This document shows, piece after piece, positions 1 to 7,589 of a stretch of 64,000 bases of DNA. Origin of the DNA: a virus; IMG/VR virus record IMGVR_UViG_3300042898_002521, positions 1 through 64,000 of that record. One strand, 5' to 3'. Each line of letters starts with the position of its first letter. Position 1 is the first letter of the stretch. Made by a program: the position numbers and the translations under genes. The notes under the pieces were generated by a model. The model worked only from the letters and a program-made list of their open reading frames with translations, had not been told where the DNA came from and made no database searches.

Positions 1-1
1 C

Positions 2-154
2 TTATCCTTGGGCGTTTCCATCTTGCTCCTCTGAGTAGTGGTTGCCTAATGCGCGCGCAGCTCTGTCATCTCGAAACGCGGACATAGCGGTACTTACACC
101 AAATGACTTTACTAGTCTATCCATGTGTAGTTTGTGTAGCTCATCAACAGTCAT
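2..154 (-). CDS. hypothetical protein, 50 aa (MTVDELHKLH...)
   Basis: Manually translated ORF overlapping the stop of 151..522; followed by GAGGAG RBS and ATG (21) of a gene running off the left edge (METPKDK...). Confidence 0.55.
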   Translation of the reverse strand: MTVDELHKLHMDRLVKSFGVSTAMSAFRDDRAARALGNHYSEEQDGNAQG

Positions 155-522
155 TTTCCGTGCCTCTTTACTACTCTAAAGCCAGAACTGCTGCTATAGG
201 CGCTACCCATAGGGTATGAGCCTTCTTTATCGTATTTTAAGTCTTCAGGGTCTACAGGTTCAACTTCGTACACTTTAGCGTCATATGCGCCATTTTTGTT
301 GTTTCTCTCAGCTGAGTTTATTCCGTAAAACAAAGCCCCTCCTGGATGAGTAATAGCGTAAGCTTTACCACCTGGATTAAAGTCTGGTTTTAGGTTCCCT
401 ACTTCTGGGTCAAAGTTAGGGTTAGCTCCAGTGACATCTCTAGGTTGTACAAGGTCGCCTGGGTTTAAATCTACATGGGTGCCGTGATAGAACTGCGGTC
501 CTGGTTCAATAGCCATTATCAT
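151..522 (-). CDS. Arr-like (rifampin ADP-ribosyltransferase family) ART domain protein
   Basis: FYHGT-x3-L-x-PGDL, VYEVEP and terminal S-x4-FRVV motifs of the Arr-type fold; likely start 516 (MAIEPGPQF). Confidence 0.65.
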   Translation of the reverse strand: MIMAIEPGPQFYHGTHVDLNPGDLVQPRDVTGANPNFDPEVGNLKPDFNPGGKAYAITHPGGALFYGINSAERNNKNGAYDAKVYEVEPVDPEDLKYDKEGSYPMGSAYSSSSGFRVVKRHGK

Positions 523-527
523 GTGTC

Positions 528-872
528 CTAGTGGTGAAAATGGGAATCACCCATAGTAGTGTGCGGCTCATGTTCATCTGCAGGACCAGAGTCACTAGCG
601 GCATGAGATTCTTCATGGAGTGCGTGTAGGTCTTCGTGGGCCATGTCAGGGTGGGTGGTTTCATAATGCCCTGCAGACTCTAAGTGTGCACGTAAAGCAT
701 GAGTGTCTTTTAGGCTAATAGGAGCGGTACGCATGTGCTCAGCCATTTGACCTTGCATACGAGAAGCATCACGAATTGCTGCCATTTCTCTGCGGTCTTG
801 ATCTGTGATGTGGATGTGGTCGTCTTTTCCGCCACATTCTTCACACCACTGTTGTCCTTTATCAATAGCCAT
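528..872 (-). CDS. His-rich hypothetical protein with CxxC
   Basis: ORF track; TAATG coupling with upstream gene; begins MAIDKGQQW. Confidence 0.7.
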   Translation of the reverse strand: MAIDKGQQWCEECGGKDDHIHITDQDRREMAAIRDASRMQGQMAEHMRTAPISLKDTHALRAHLESAGHYETTHPDMAHEDLHALHEESHAASDSGPADEHEPHTTMGDSHFHH

Positions 873-1360
873 TATAAGTTCTTGTACTTTCTCTTAGGTA
901 CTGGGTCACCAGTGCTCTTTGCCCACTTTTCACCTTCGTTGGATAGGTGGGTGCTATGTACTGGTGGTGCAACTGTAGGGTCTGACTCTGACATTTTCTT
1001 TGCATAGCCGTACATGAAAGTAGCTAGTCCCTTACGTCTGTGGTCATCTCTGGTCCAGATGTCGTTAATCTCCCCCGCTTTAACAGGCCAAGGATCATTT
1101 GGTGCTTGTTCTTTCATTAAGTTGCTGTCTTTTGGTTCCCAGTTCATTGCAGCAATAAAGTTGGCGTTAGGCCTGTTTTCATCTTTTGGGACACCTTTTA
1201 AAGGCCTGATGGCAATTCTGTGTTGTTTATCATTTTCTTGATAGAAATAAGGTCTGCTGTATTCACCAACACTACGTCGTTCTACAGGAAGATCGCTTGT
1301 ATCTGATTCAATACGCCCGATAGGCATACCTATAAACTGAGGTCCTGAATCAATAGCCAT
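872..1360 (-). CDS. GNAT-family acetyltransferase
   Basis: acetyl-CoA motif A (IWTRDDHRRKGLAT); paralogous to the neighbouring gene. Confidence 0.7.
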   Translation of the reverse strand: MAIDSGPQFIGMPIGRIESDTSDLPVERRSVGEYSRPYFYQENDKQHRIAIRPLKGVPKDENRPNANFIAAMNWEPKDSNLMKEQAPNDPWPVKAGEINDIWTRDDHRRKGLATFMYGYAKKMSESDPTVAPPVHSTHLSNEGEKWAKSTGDPVPKRKYKNL

Positions 1361-1647
1361 TATTTATCCTCTAAACTTTGTGCCCAAGCTTCGCCATCTT
1401 CAGTCTGAATCTTTGAATGGTATGGATTGGCTAGTTTTGGGTGTTGTGTAGCATAATCCCACATAGCCGTAGCAACACCTTTTCTTCTATGGTCGGGATG
1501 CACGTTTATCATTCCTATTTTACCAGTAGTAAATACACTAAGAAGCCCAACAGGGTATCCAGTTTTACGATGTGTGGCCCTTACGTCATAGCCATCATTA
1601 ATTTGTTTATGTGTAATGTCGTAGGGGAACTGTTGTCCCTTATCCAT
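1360..1647 (-). CDS. GNAT-family acetyltransferase (minimal)
   Basis: INVHPDHRRKGVATAM motif A; shares HS-x3-[ST]-x-[DE]GE-x-WA with 872..1360. Confidence 0.75.
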   Translation of the reverse strand: MDKGQQFPYDITHKQINDGYDVRATHRKTGYPVGLLSVFTTGKIGMINVHPDHRRKGVATAMWDYATQHPKLANPYHSKIQTEDGEAWAQSLEDK

Positions 1648-1853
1648 TAGCGGTAGCCATCCTTAACAGATTCGTGATAAGTATGTAGAGCGTTTTGTGC
1701 CTCGCTTGGCTCAACATCAATTTTTTCAATGATGTTTGCGGGATCGCTAACATGGCTTACATGTAGTTGGCCTTCACGAATCTCTCCACGATACGGACCA
1801 GACTTATAAGTCGTGTCTCCAAACATAGTCATCTGACCGCGCTTTGGTTTCAT
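1647..1853 (-). CDS. hypothetical protein
   Basis: ORF track; coupled to next gene; -10-like GACAAT 6 nt before ATG. Confidence 0.6.
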   Translation of the reverse strand: MKPKRGQMTMFGDTTYKSGPYRGEIREGQLHVSHVSDPANIIEKIDVEPSEAQNALHTYHESVKDGYR

Positions 1854-1867
1854 TCATCTATTGTCCC

Positions 1868-2092
1868 TTATTTTACGCTTGACTGTGCTATGTACTCCAA
1901 ATAAGCATCCCCCAAGACACTCTTCACATTTTCATAATGATTATTATGTGAGTTCTTGAAGTGTTCTGCCCAGCCAATAGGGTCACGATACATCATGGCA
2001 CACCCTGCGTTGTAATCGCTGTAGCAAACCCGAGCTACCTTGCCGATTTCATCAGTTCTTTCTTGCTGTTCTAAAAACCATGTAGTAAACAC
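1868..2092 (-). CDS. YozE-like SAM-fold small protein
   Basis: F-x2-W-x2-QQERTDEIGKVA resembles the YozE N-terminus; leaderless TATCAT-N6-GTG. Confidence 0.45.
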   Translation of the reverse strand: MFTTWFLEQQERTDEIGKVARVCYSDYNAGCAMMYRDPIGWAEHFKNSHNNHYENVKSVLGDAYLEYIAQSSVK

Positions 2093-2185
2093 CCAATAAT
2101 GATAGCCAGCCCGTCGAACCCTGTCCGTCTTAAAAATACAACTATGACATCTTTGACATCTTTAACACGCCCACAAAGCCAAAAG

Positions 2186-2201
2186 TGTGATCCAGCTCAC
2201 A
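2186..2201. promoter_or_regulatory. CRP/GlxR-type box TGTGA-N6-TCACA
   Basis: perfect consensus TGTGAtccagcTCACA. Confidence 0.65.
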
Positions 2202-2379
2202 ATCAAAATTGCTTATACCCCCTCAAACCCGTTTTCCCGATAAAAATAAGCCTATTCTATTAAAAACAACCCAAAACCAGGCTACTGTATCGATAATAAG
2301 CTCGTTACCAGAGCGTGACACCTGGCCCCACGCGCTCGGGCGTGTCGCTTAAGGGGTAGGGGTGCTATCTGAGCGAGAG

Positions 2380-2450
2380 TGTGACCTACCTCACATAAAT
2401 AAGTGAGAATTGTTATCGGGTTTGGCAGATACCGCGATACTCTTTAAAGA
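2380..2450 (+). promoter_or_regulatory. early promoter 1: CRP-type box + TTGTTATCGGGTTTGG + -10 TACTCT
   Basis: box 2380-2395; TTGTT at 2410; -10 at 2438. Confidence 0.7.
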
Positions 2451-2500
2451 GTTAAGCAATACCGCTTAGCGAGAGTCACTCTAAGAGATAGGGAAACACT

Positions 2501-2833
2501 ATGAGTGAGAACACTATCGAACGCGCCGAGTTGCGCGCGTTTCTGCAAGGGCTAGGGAATAAGTTCTTTAGCGTAACTTACATCAAGCGCAAGACTGGCG
2601 AGGTGGCAACAATGACTGCCACGAACGCATACGGCAAGTTTCTTGCTGGCGGTACTCCTGCCTATGACGCTGAGGCAAAGGGACTTTATGTTCTACTTTC
2701 AACTAAGGCGGTTGCCATTGGCAAAGCTAAGGTTGACGCTGGCGAAACGGATAAGGTTCAAGGTATCCGTTCAGTAGGGCTTGAGGGCGTAATCACCGTC
2801 AAGTGTGACGGCACTCTCTACACCGTAGTCTAG
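2501..2833 (+). CDS. hypothetical early protein (possible SH3/WYL-like barrel)
   Basis: ORF track, RBS; FSVTYIKRKTGE..MTAT pattern. Confidence 0.75.
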   Translation: MSENTIERAELRAFLQGLGNKFFSVTYIKRKTGEVATMTATNAYGKFLAGGTPAYDAEAKGLYVLLSTKAVAIGKAKVDAGETDKVQGIRSVGLEGVITVKCDGTLYTVV

Positions 2834-2908
2834 GTGACTAGCCTCGACTCTATCTCTCGGGATAGAGTCGGGGTGGGCTACCTAGCCCCAATAACGAAAG
2901 GGAAAGTT

Positions 2909-3082
2909 ATGTTTGTAAACGGGTTCACCCTTTTACTCTGCCTAGTGTCTTTCATAGGTGGATACGGATACCGCGTGTTGGTTGTTAATTCACGCGAGTA
3001 TTACGATCAGCAACAACGCCAGCGACTACTGGCAAGTGACACGCCAATTCACGACAAACTATCTGAGGAGTGGGACTTCTAA
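2909..3082 (+). CDS. small membrane protein
   Basis: start re-assigned to ATG 2909 after AAAGGGA; N-terminal hydrophobic helix. Confidence 0.6.
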   Translation: MFVNGFTLLLCLVSFIGGYGYRVLVVNSREYYDQQQRQRLLASDTPIHDKLSEEWDF

Positions 3083-3246
3083 TGACTTACTACCGCAAAA
3101 TGACAGTAGTTCCAACACGCGCTGGAATTATGTACCAATGCTGTAACTGCGCGTTATCACTCTCGCCAGAGGAGGCAGATCAGCACCAAGAGGCTGACTG
3201 CCTAGCCTTGCAAGAGTTAGTGGATGCCGTAAGCGATCCACGATAA
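3082..3246 (+). CDS. hypothetical protein, 54 aa (CxxC)
   Basis: manual ORF MTYYRKMTVV...; TAATG coupling and GAGGAG RBS. Confidence 0.6.
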   Translation: MTYYRKMTVVPTRAGIMYQCCNCALSLSPEEADQHQEADCLALQELVDAVSDPR

Positions 3247-3251
3247 CCAAC

Positions 3252-3290
3252 TGGATAGCCAGCCCGACTTCCCTGCGGGTTGGCTATCCA
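3252..3290 (+). terminator. hairpin after early operon 1
   Basis: TGGATAGCCAGCCCG / CGGGTTGGCTATCCA inverted repeat. Confidence 0.6.
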
Positions 3291-3349
3291 CAGGTTATCC
3301 CCAAGCTGTGGATAAAGTTTTCCCCAGCCTGTGGATAACCTGTGGAAAA
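3284..3349. promoter_or_regulatory. array of six DnaA-box-like 9-mers
   Basis: CTATCCACA 3284, TTATCCCCA 3295, TGTGGATAA 3307, TTTTCCCCA 3318, TGTGGATAA 3330, TGTGGAAAA 3341; 11-12 bp period. Confidence 0.75.
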
Positions 3350-3422
3350 GTTTGTGTTGGCCGCCTTTGAGGGGGCCAATCGTCAGCTTTAAAGCTGACT
3401 CGGCCGAAGGCCGACACAAACA
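3350..3422. repeat. cloverleaf palindromic element copy A
   Basis: GTTTGTG...CACAAAC arms enclosing three hairpins incl. GTCAGCTTTAAAGCTGAC. Confidence 0.85.
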
Positions 3423-3430
3423 ACGGGGAG

Positions 3431-3491
3431 TGTGACGAGCGTCACATAAATTGTTATCGGGTTTGGTAGGAATGGGCTTATTCTAGAAACA
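3431..3491 (+). promoter_or_regulatory. early promoter 2: CRP-type box + conserved block + -10 TATTCT
   Basis: box 3431-3446; TTGTT 3451; -10 3479. Confidence 0.7.
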
Positions 3492-3524
3492 GTTGAGAAC
3501 CCGCTCAGCTAAAGAGAGGAAACT

Positions 3525-4043
3525 ATGTCTGAAATGACTAAAGTTGTTGCGTTAGCCATACTTGCTAATGACAACGGCAGGAAAGAAACAGCAATACCCC
3601 GCTTTACTGACCAAGTGAAGCGTGTTGCAAGGTTTAGCGAAGTCTTGGCTTCACTTGACCATAACTACACAGGTAAGTTTGATGTTAAGTCTGCATCTGC
3701 ACTAGCCGACATTCGTATCCGAGATGCGGTACTCCGCACCCTTTACGACTTGAAGCAAGAGGGTAACCTTGAACGGCTTACTAACTACCGCTTAACGCTT
3801 GAAACTTGGGCATCTAAGACAAGCGGTACTGCCCGTCTTGCTATCTTGGCACTTTGGGCAGGTTCGTATTGGCTCGAGGGTAATGATGCGCCAATTGAAG
3901 CCGTCCTTGAAACTGAGGACTTTGGCGAATACAGCCTTTGGCAACTGCTGGACATAGCCAAACGGCACAATGTCCCGTCCTTCGTTTGGGAGAACTCACT
4001 CAAGGAAACTCCCATTAACAAGTGTTTGCAGGGTGCGGGTTAG
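3525..4043 (+). CDS. DUF4192-like protein
   Basis: IRIRDAVL...ALWAGSYWLEGNDA...YSLWQLL resembles the actinobacterial DUF4192 C-terminal region. Confidence 0.6.
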   Translation: MSEMTKVVALAILANDNGRKETAIPRFTDQVKRVARFSEVLASLDHNYTGKFDVKSASALADIRIRDAVLRTLYDLKQEGNLERLTNYRLTLETWASKTSGTARLAILALWAGSYWLEGNDAPIEAVLETEDFGEYSLWQLLDIAKRHNVPSFVWENSLKETPINKCLQGAG

Positions 4044-4060
4044 CCCCGCAAGCAATAAGC

Positions 4061-4088
4061 CAAGCCAGCCCCTACGGGGGCTGGCTTG
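4061..4088 (+). terminator. GC-rich hairpin
   Basis: CAAGCCAGCCCC-TACG-GGGGCTGGCTTG. Confidence 0.65.
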
Positions 4089-4100
4089 TCGCTTGAAATT

Positions 4101-4173
4101 TGTTTGTGTTGGCGGCTTCAAGGCCGCCGCAGCAGCTGCAAGCTTAATCGGGCTTTAAAGCCCGACACAAACA
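4101..4173. repeat. cloverleaf palindromic element copy B
   Basis: TGTTTGTG...CACAAACA with internal GGCGGC-TTCAAG-GCCGCC and TCGGGCTTTAAAGCCCGA. Confidence 0.85.
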
Positions 4174-4182
4174 TCGGCCTAA

Positions 4183-4253
4183 TGTGGCGTAGATCACATA
4201 AATAAATGAGAGTTGTTATCGGGTTTGGTAAATCCCATGAGACTATAGAAACA
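4183..4253 (+). promoter_or_regulatory. early promoter 3: CRP-type box (1 mismatch) + conserved block + -10 GACTAT
   Basis: TGTGGcgtagaTCACA 4183-4198; TTGTT 4213; -10 4241. Confidence 0.65.
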
Positions 4254-4324
4254 GTTAAGCAACGGCTGGCGCGAGAGATTCTCACGTATTCAGGGGTTAA
4301 CGAGAGATAAGGGGTGATTGCCTT

Positions 4325-5341
4325 ATGGCACACGACTTAGAGATGAACGCCAATGGCGACGTCGCATTTGCACTGCGTGGCGCGCCTGCATGGCATGGTC
4401 TGGCTCAACACATCTTCGATGAAGATGAACACGTCACGACCTCGCAAATGTTGGATAGCGCACTGCTGTCTAACTGGGACGTCCGACTAGAGGACGTAAT
4501 CCTGCCCGAGGGTTACACCACGAAATCACCTAGTTTCATGGTGGTTCGGAACGACGTGCTCAACAACAACACGCCCGACGTGTTGGCTGTCGTTGGTGAT
4601 CGTTATCACACCTACCAGAATGAGGATTTATTCGCATTCGGAGATAACCTGCTCGACGGTGGAGGTTACTGGGAGTCTGCTGGTGCAATTCGCAACGGGC
4701 GCACAGTGTTCGGAAGCCTTAAGCTTGGCAAAGACATTGTGATTGACCCTGAGGGTATTGGTGACAAAACCGACACCTACCTACTGGTTACCACAAGCCA
4801 CGACGGATCGAGTGCAATTCAGGCAATGACTACGCCAGTACGGGTAGTTTGCCAGAATACGCTTAACATGGCTCTTGGCTATGGCACTAAGCAATCTTTC
4901 AAAGTTCGCCACACAGCGACTGCGCAAGATCGTGTGTCACAGGCTCGCGAGGCTCTTGGAATCTCGTTTGCCTACCTTGACCAATTCGAGGCCGAGGCCA
5001 ATGCGCTATTCCAGTCGGCTATCACTGACAAGCAATTTGGTGAAATCATCGAATCGCTGTATCCGACACCAGATCGCGCAACTGCTGGTAAAGCAGTTCT
5101 CACCAAGTACGACGATAAAGTCGACACTATGTGGGAATTGTGGCGTGGCCCTACCCAACTGGGTATCAAAGGCACAGGTTGGGGCGCGATGAATGCACTA
5201 ACCGAACGTGTCGATTACTACCGACTAGGGCGCAAGGGTACTAACGCTGGTATTCTCGCCAGTGCTAGTGGGTTCGACGCTCAAGTGAACGCCGAGAAGT
5301 CGCGCATTCGCAAGGCAGTGCTCGAGACTGCTGGTCTGTAA
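4325..5341 (+). CDS. DUF932/DUF945 phage-plasmid protein (TIGR03299-like)
   Basis: MAHDLE...PAWHGL; YLLVTTSHDGS; TPVRVVCQNTL; VRHT motifs. Confidence 0.85.
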   Translation: MAHDLEMNANGDVAFALRGAPAWHGLAQHIFDEDEHVTTSQMLDSALLSNWDVRLEDVILPEGYTTKSPSFMVVRNDVLNNNTPDVLAVVGDRYHTYQNEDLFAFGDNLLDGGGYWESAGAIRNGRTVFGSLKLGKDIVIDPEGIGDKTDTYLLVTTSHDGSSAIQAMTTPVRVVCQNTLNMALGYGTKQSFKVRHTATAQDRVSQAREALGISFAYLDQFEAEANALFQSAITDKQFGEIIESLYPTPDRATAGKAVLTKYDDKVDTMWELWRGPTQLGIKGTGWGAMNALTERVDYYRLGRKGTNAGILASASGFDAQVNAEKSRIRKAVLETAGL

Positions 5342-5344
5342 ACA

Positions 5345-5374
5345 ATAGTGGGGCAGGGCAACCTGCCCCACTAT
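5345..5374 (+). terminator. hairpin with GCAA tetraloop
   Basis: ATAGTGGGGCAGG-GCAA-CCTGCCCCACTAT. Confidence 0.65.
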
Positions 5375-5413
5375 CCACAGCCTGTGGATAAGTTGTGGAT
5401 AACCTGTGGATAA
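5371..5413. promoter_or_regulatory. array of four DnaA boxes
   Basis: CTATCCACA 5371; perfect TGTGGATAA at 5383, 5394, 5405. Confidence 0.8.
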
Positions 5414-5418
5414 CTTTT

Positions 5419-5486
5419 TGTTTGTGTTGGCTGGCTGGCTTCAAGGCCAGCTGCGCCTAATCGGCCTTTAAAGGCCGACACAAACA
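5419..5486. repeat. cloverleaf palindromic element copy C
   Basis: same arms; GCTGGC-TTCAAG-GCCAGC and TCGGCCTTTAAAGGCCGA. Confidence 0.85.
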
Positions 5487-5494
5487 ATCCGCTG

Positions 5495-5555
5495 TGTGAT
5501 CTATCTCACATAAATTGTTCTGGAGTCTGGCAAATACTAGGGCACAATAAGAGAG
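5495..5555 (+). promoter_or_regulatory. early promoter 4: CRP-type box + -10 CACAAT
   Basis: box 5495-5510; TTGTT 5515; -10 5543. Confidence 0.65.
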
Positions 5556-5583
5556 TGAGAGATTAGGAAAGAGAGGTGATTAA

Positions 5584-5790
5584 ATGAGTCACAAAGCAAG
5601 AATACCAATGATAGTAGAGGTTACTTACGGGGGAGATGATTTCCTGACTCTAGACGAGGTAGCAAATCTGATTAACCTGACGGTTACGTCACACGATACA
5701 GATGAGCTCGACGTCTTGAATTATCATTGTGAAGCAACCTACACTGTCGATCAAGGCAGTGTGCGCCCACCTCGGGGAATCAAGGTCTAA
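5584..5790 (+). CDS. hypothetical protein
   Basis: ORF track; GAGGTGA RBS. Confidence 0.7.
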   Translation: MSHKARIPMIVEVTYGGDDFLTLDEVANLINLTVTSHDTDELDVLNYHCEATYTVDQGSVRPPRGIKV

Positions 5791-5824
5791 GTAAGTGTGT
5801 CCTAGGTATGACAAAAACTGCCTA
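5788..5824 (+). repeat. 37-nt intergenic repeat, predicted H-type pseudoknot (copy 1)
   Basis: TGTC/GACA stem and TAGGTA/TGCCTA stem. Confidence 0.65.
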
Positions 5825-5854
5825 CCAAAATAGAGGTTAGGAACAGAGGTGATT

Positions 5855-6028
5855 ATGTACAAAACAACTTGTGAGTCTTGCGAGTCTAAACTAACCGTTG
5901 ATGCCAAAACAGATACGGTTTCGTCTGGAGATCAGAAAGACGAGATTTATTACCTGCACGATGTGGGACTAGCGTATGAATGCCCCGTCTGCGGATACGA
6001 GTCAGGCTTAGTGTTAGACTCTATGTAA
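5855..6028 (+). CDS. zinc-ribbon protein, 57 aa
   Basis: manual ORF MYKTTCESC...ECPVCG; GAGGTGA RBS. Confidence 0.7.
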   Translation: MYKTTCESCESKLTVDAKTDTVSSGDQKDEIYYLHDVGLAYECPVCGYESGLVLDSM

Positions 6029-6062
6029 GTAAGCGTGTCCTGGGTATGACAAAAACTGCCCA
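6026..6062 (+). repeat. 37-nt intergenic repeat, predicted pseudoknot (copy 2)
   Basis: TGGGTA/TGCCCA, compensatory change relative to copy 1. Confidence 0.65.
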
Positions 6063-6091
6063 AATACCTAACTAGAGATGAGGAAAACAAA

Positions 6092-6607
6092 ATGGGTATG
6101 GATGTAATCGGTAAAGCCCCTGCGAACGAAACGGGGGAGTACTTTCGCAATAATGTTTGGTACTGGAAACCACTTTGGAACTACTGCGAGGTAGTTGCAC
6201 CAGAACTAACCAAGTCTGTTAGTGGATACACTAATGACGGTGACGGCTTGCAAGCCAAGGAGTCAGAGTTGTTAGCAAGACTGTTACTCAATGAAATTGA
6301 GTCAGGGCGTACTGTTTCTTACGAGGCAGAGTACCGCAAGGAACAGTCAGAACTACCGTTGGTAGACTGCAAGTTGTGCCACGCAACAGGTATTCGTGGG
6401 GCAGATAGTCCTAACGGTATTGACCAATCCGACAAGGAACTAACAGAACTACAACAATCCTTGTATGGTCGCACCTACGGGTGGTGCAACGGCTGTGATG
6501 GGGCAGGTAACAAGCCTCATTTTGGCACGCAGTACCCATTCTCGGTAGAGAACGTAAAGGAGTTTGCGGAGTTTCTGCAATACTCAGGTGGGTTCTCTAT
6601 CTGCTAA
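6092..6607 (+). CDS. hypothetical phage protein with DnaJ-like CxxCxxxG pairs
   Basis: YFRNNVWYWKPLW; CKLCHATG, CNGCDGAG. Confidence 0.8.
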   Translation: MGMDVIGKAPANETGEYFRNNVWYWKPLWNYCEVVAPELTKSVSGYTNDGDGLQAKESELLARLLLNEIESGRTVSYEAEYRKEQSELPLVDCKLCHATGIRGADSPNGIDQSDKELTELQQSLYGRTYGWCNGCDGAGNKPHFGTQYPFSVENVKEFAEFLQYSGGFSIC

Positions 6608-6636
6608 GCCTACGCGTTACCTAATCTCCGCGTAGT

Positions 6637-6683
6637 GAGTGGCTACCAGTCCTGAGAGGCTGGTAGCCACTCTGCTTTTTTTT
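6637..6683 (+). terminator. intrinsic terminator
   Basis: GAGTGGCTACCAG...CTGGTAGCCACTC followed by T-run. Confidence 0.8.
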
Positions 6684-6755
6684 GTTTGTGTCGGCGTCGA
6701 GGCCGAAACAGCAGCTTTAAGCTGCAAAATTGGGCTTTAAAGCCCAACACAAACA
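6683..6755. repeat. cloverleaf palindromic element copy D
   Basis: TCGGC/GCCGA, GCAGC-TTTAA-GCTGC, TTGGGCTTTAAAGCCCAA inside the same arms. Confidence 0.85.
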
Positions 6756-6761
6756 TCGCAG

Positions 6762-6822
6762 TGTGAGGTAGATCACATAAATTGTTATGGGCTTTGGTAG
6801 AAATGACCTTACTATTTAGAGA
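6762..6822 (+). promoter_or_regulatory. early promoter 5: CRP-type box + -10 TACTAT
   Basis: box 6762-6777; TTGTT 6782; -10 6810. Confidence 0.7.
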
Positions 6823-6859
6823 GTGAGAGAAATACTTTCACTAGAGAGAGGTATCAACC

Positions 6860-7036
6860 GTGAGTAGTTGCCCACGTTGTATTACAGGCATAATGCCTGA
6901 CGCACCCGCCTTGTCACGCACAGATAACAAGACTCGTATCTGTTCAGCGTGTGGGTTATTAGAGGGAATTGAGCAGTTGCTTGATTGCCTGACACCACAG
7001 TCCCAATGGGGCATTACCGTTAATCAGGGGGTGTAG
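6860..7036 (+). CDS. small zinc-finger protein, 58 aa
   Basis: manual ORF, GTG start after GAGAGG; CPRC...ALSRTDNKTRICSACG. Confidence 0.7.
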   Translation: MSSCPRCITGIMPDAPALSRTDNKTRICSACGLLEGIEQLLDCLTPQSQWGITVNQGV

Positions 7037-7038
7037 GT

Positions 7039-7251
7039 ATGGATACATCAAACCTAACCACCGAAGCCGAACACGAGCGCGACTCTGGCTTTGAGACGTT
7101 TACAGTCCGTGCCAAACTTACTATCTGGCACACAGATACAGTCCAAGCCAAAAGTATCGAGGAGGCTTGGAAGCAAGTAGATGAGTGGGTAGCCGAGGAC
7201 TTTACCGAGGACTCGGACTGCTCTAGAAGTTGGGAGATAACCGTATGTTAA
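7039..7251 (+). CDS. hypothetical protein
   Basis: ORF track; VQAKSIEEA motif. Confidence 0.7.
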   Translation: MDTSNLTTEAEHERDSGFETFTVRAKLTIWHTDTVQAKSIEEAWKQVDEWVAEDFTEDSDCSRSWEITVC

Positions 7252-7460
7252 TGAACGCAGTAGTATGCCAAAATCAGTATCGGCTTACCAAGCAAAGTTT
7301 CCAAGAGTTAATTGAGGATCAACGGGAACACGAATACGTCGTAACTGACGAAGTCTGGGAAAGGGTTGCGGGCGAAATACTTGGTCGTATGGACAATTTC
7401 GTAGAGAACCTACTAACAGAACTAGTACACGACGTAATAGACGGAGATTACGACGAATAA
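7245..7460 (+). CDS. acidic hypothetical protein
   Basis: start re-assigned to ATG 7245 (or 7251). Confidence 0.65.
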   Translation: MLMNAVVCQNQYRLTKQSFQELIEDQREHEYVVTDEVWERVAGEILGRMDNFVENLLTELVHDVIDGDYDE

Positions 7461-7465
7461 CAATC

Positions 7466-7589
7466 TTGGTTAGGGGTAACAGAGTAATCTGCAATAAAGA
7501 ACACCCAGTCCTGTCATCGAGCAGGTACGGCTAGTACCGAGCAGACTCACAGTCACGGAAGTGGCACGGCTCTCTCTACCCCTAACCAA
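7466..7589 (+). ncRNA. candidate structured RNA, solo member of the AC/CUC stem family
   Basis: 13-bp closing stem TTGGTTAGGGGTA/TACCCCTAACCAA, AC/CTC internal loop, inner helices incl. GTCAC-GGAA-GTGGC. Confidence 0.65.

Noticed and set aside
2830-2885. Hairpin after 2501..2833 as another AC/CUC-family RNA
   Set aside because: It is a simple long hairpin without the AC...CTC junction; more likely a processing or termination stem.
3180-4333. ORFs 3180..3419, 3785..4021, 3970..4158, 4118..4333
   Set aside because: They run through terminators, DnaA boxes and palindromes or overlap better-supported genes; no RBS or protein-like features.
7466-7589. Known riboswitch or hammerhead ribozyme
   Set aside because: No CUGANGA/GAAA core and no c-di-GMP, c-di-AMP, SAM or cobalamin consensus recognised by eye; an Rfam search is still needed.
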